From Longimicrobiales bacterium (GTDB lineage Bacteria; Gemmatimonadota; Gemmatimonadetes; Longimicrobiales; Gaopeijiaceae), in contig CBDANQ010000005.1 in the NCBI GenBank assembly GCA_965197725.1, positions 1-17,174 on the forward strand: 17,174 nt of DNA. The letters are read 5' to 3'. Positions 15,541-17,174 of the stretch are shown piece after piece; position 1 is the stretch's first letter; each line of letters opens with the position of its first letter. A program made the translations under genes and the position numbers. The notes under the pieces are model-generated. The model was not told the origin of the DNA. It worked only from the letters and a program-made list of their open reading frames with translations, and searched no databases.

Positions 15541-16940
15541 GCATCGAGAAGCTCAACCGCAAACGCAAAGGCACCGGCTACAAGGTCTGGTACCGCGACC
15601 AATCAGGCCGCGGACGCGCCAAGGTCTTCGACCGCAAGAAAGACGCCGAAGCCTTCGAAGCCAAAATCACCCTCATGAAACGCCAAGGCGACCTCGACGA
15701 CCTCGACGCCGGCAAACAAACACTCGCCGACTTCGCGGAGGAATGGTGGGCAAGGTACGCGGAGCGCAGTCTCGAGCGTAAGACCCTCCAGGTGTATGCG
15801 ACGCTGTGGGACCTTCATATCCTGCCGCGGCTGGGCGATCGGCAGCTTCGCTCGCTCAAGCCTGCGCTGATCGAAGCGTTCGCTGCGGACTTGAAGGACT
15901 CGAGGGTCGGTGAAGCAACGATCCGCAAGAGTCTCGCACTGCTCCAGGTCGCGCTCGGCATAGCGGTGGTGTGGGGCAAGATCCCGGACAACCCGATCCC
16001 GGCGGTCAAGAAGCCACCGCAGCATCGCAAGCGGAGCGTCCGGCCGCTTGCGCCCGAGAATATCGAAGCGATTCGGCGAGACCTGCTCGAGCGGAGCAGG
16101 CTCCGAGACGCGACCCTGGTCTCCCTGCTCGCCTACACGGGCATGCGCCCAGGCGAGGCGCTAGCACTGACCTGGGGCGACATCGGGGCGGAGACAATCG
16201 TCGTTGACAAACGCCTCTCGCTCGGCGAGGTCAAGGACGGCGCCAAGTCACGAGCTCGTGCTCGACGCTCCGTTGAGCTGCTCAAGCCTCTGGCCCAGGA
16301 CCTCGCGGAGTGGCGAATGACCCAGGGCCGTCCCGGGCCAGAGCAGCTCGTGTTTCCCGCCACGAAAGGCGGGCCCTGGAAAGACACCGACTACCGGAAC
16401 TGGCGGAAGCGAATATTTGCGCCGGCAACCGAGAAGGCCGACCTCAAGGGAGTCCGACCCTACGACCTTCGCCACTCCTACGCGTCCCTGCTGATCGCCG
16501 AGGGCAGGAGCATCGTCGAAATCGCTGCCCAGCTCGGTCACTCACCGACTGTTTGCCTCGACACCTACGGCCACGTCTTCGCCGAGCTGAAGTCGAAAGA
16601 CGCCACGTCCGCCGAGGAGCTAATCCGCAACGCACGGGCCAGAACTGTCAACTTTTCGTCAACCAAATCCGAAGACGAAGAACCGCGCAAACACGAAAGC
16701 CCTGCAAATGACCGAAGCCCTCTGGCGGACTCGAACCGCCGACCCCCTCCTTACCATGGAGGTGCTCTACCGGCTGAGCTAAGAGGGCACCGGCCCACAT
16801 TGTACGGCCGACGTGCGTGCGCCCACGAGAGGCCGGTCGGCCGCAACGATTCCGCCGTGCGCACCCGCCCCGAAACCAGCCGATATCCTGCGACCGGTTC
16901 CCGGGGGAGTTCCCGAGTGGCCAAAGGGGACCGGCTGTAA
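15537..16940 (+). CDS. int: Tyrosine recombinase/phage-type integrase
   Basis: N-terminal arm-binding segment (YKVWYRDQSGR...KVFDRKKDAEAF), a core-binding domain (TLADFAEEW...HILPRLG), and catalytic motifs YTGMRPGEALAL, YDLRH, LGHS and TYGH. Recognisable integrase sequence ends near 16640, but the frame stays open to 16940. Confidence 0.95.
   Translation: MSIEKLNRKRKGTGYKVWYRDQSGRGRAKVFDRKKDAEAFEAKITLMKRQGDLDDLDAGKQTLADFAEEWWARYAERSLERKTLQVYATLWDLHILPRLGDRQLRSLKPALIEAFAADLKDSRVGEATIRKSLALLQVALGIAVVWGKIPDNPIPAVKKPPQHRKRSVRPLAPENIEAIRRDLLERSRLRDATLVSLLAYTGMRPGEALALTWGDIGAETIVVDKRLSLGEVKDGAKSRARARRSVELLKPLAQDLAEWRMTQGRPGPEQLVFPATKGGPWKDTDYRNWRKRIFAPATEKADLKGVRPYDLRHSYASLLIAEGRSIVEIAAQLGHSPTVCLDTYGHVFAELKSKDATSAEELIRNARARTVNFSSTKSEDEEPRKHESPANDRSPLADSNRRPPPYHGGALPAELRGHRPTLYGRRACAHERPVGRNDSAVRTRPETSRYPATGSRGSSRVAKGDRL
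16647..16663 (+). repeat. GTCAAC direct repeat, putative integrase arm-type site
   Basis: GTCAAC-TTTTC-GTCAAC (11-bp period), about 50 bp from the tRNA-Thr 3' end. Confidence 0.5.
16716..16788 (-). tRNA. tRNA-Thr(GGT)
   Basis: GCCCTCT-TA-GCTC AGCCGGTA GAGC-A-CCTCC ATGGTAA GGAGG-GGGTC-GGCGG TTCGAGT CCGCC-AGAGGGC-T. Complete 73-nt cloverleaf; CCA not encoded. Confidence 0.97.
16799..16889. promoter_or_regulatory. Divergent -10 boxes for the two tRNA genes
   Basis: TACAAT on the minus strand (16804-16799), 10 nt before tRNA-Thr. TATCCT on the plus strand (16884-16889), 13 nt before tRNA-Tyr. Each is followed by a GC-rich discriminator-like stretch. Confidence 0.5.
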
Positions 16941-16985
16941 ACCGGTTGGCTCCGCCTTCGGAGGTTCGAATCCCTCCCTCCCCCA
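16903..16985 (+). tRNA. tRNA-Tyr(GTA)
   Basis: GGGGGAG acceptor stem pairs with CTCCCCC-A. D-arm CCCGAGTGGCCAAAGGG, anticodon arm ACCGG CTGTAAA CCGGT, long variable arm GGC TCC GCC, T-arm GGAGG TTCGAAT (C)CCTCC with one extra C. Confidence 0.96.
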
Positions 16986-17040
16986 TAGCGCGCTTCGGTG
17001 CCGTCCCCTCCGCGGCGGTCTTCCTGACCGCCGCTGCGTC

Positions 17041-17110
17041 CCGTGGGTGAAACCATGTTTCCCCCACGGACCCCCTTCCTTTTCTGTGTTGGCCCCGCAT
17101 CCGTGCGGGG
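17041..17110. repeat. Palindromic hairpins downstream of tRNA-Tyr (REP-like element or terminator)
   Basis: CCGTGGG-T-GAAAC CAT GTTTC-C-CCCACGG (17041-17069), then a pyrimidine/T tract, then CCCCGCA TCCG TGCGGGG (17093-17110). Confidence 0.55.
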
Positions 17111-17174
17111 AGCAAGGACGGACCCCTCTGGGGTGGTGGGTCGACGTTGCGCGCTTCGGTTTCGGCCCCGCGGC

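Larger units (their letters stand above)
13057..16716. mobile_element. Integrative element/genomic island end anchored at the 3' end of tRNA-Thr(GGT); left boundary not determined
   Basis: The xis-int pair points into a tRNA 3' end, with an adjacent methyltransferase of lower GC. No second copy of the tRNA 3' end was seen in the window. Confidence 0.7.

Noticed and set aside
1..16700. Second att direct repeat (copy of the tRNA-Thr 3' end), CRISPR array or IS transposase
   Set aside because: None found by eye. The distal att is either outside the window or lost.

Overview
GC-rich, probably actinobacterial DNA (inferred from GC content, GTG starts and a leaderless-type promoter) that looks like the tRNA-proximal part of a mosaic genomic island. 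At the right end, a tyrosine integrase and an overlapping excisionase-like HTH ORF (absent from the ORF track) point into the 3' end of tRNA-Thr(GGT). A divergent tRNA-Tyr(GTA) follows. The integrase frame has no stop before the tRNA and reads antisense through it. Next to the integrase is a frameshifted N6-adenine DNA methyltransferase with a target-recognition region but no visible nuclease. The rest is catabolic cargo: MmgE/PrpD, acyl-CoA dehydrogenase, an FMN alpha-hydroxy-acid oxidase with an MftD-like HGGN motif (3'-truncated by another element end), a cyclase-family hydrolase, an LLM monooxygenase, a stand-alone GAF protein, a two-subunit ATP-dependent hydantoinase/oxoprolinase (lactamase-like), a D-2-hydroxyacid dehydrogenase, a creatininase-family amidohydrolase, and RidA and ABC/AAA-ATPase fragments. 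Five genes carry single frameshifts and tRNA-Tyr has an extra C, so some lesions may be sequencing errors rather than decay.
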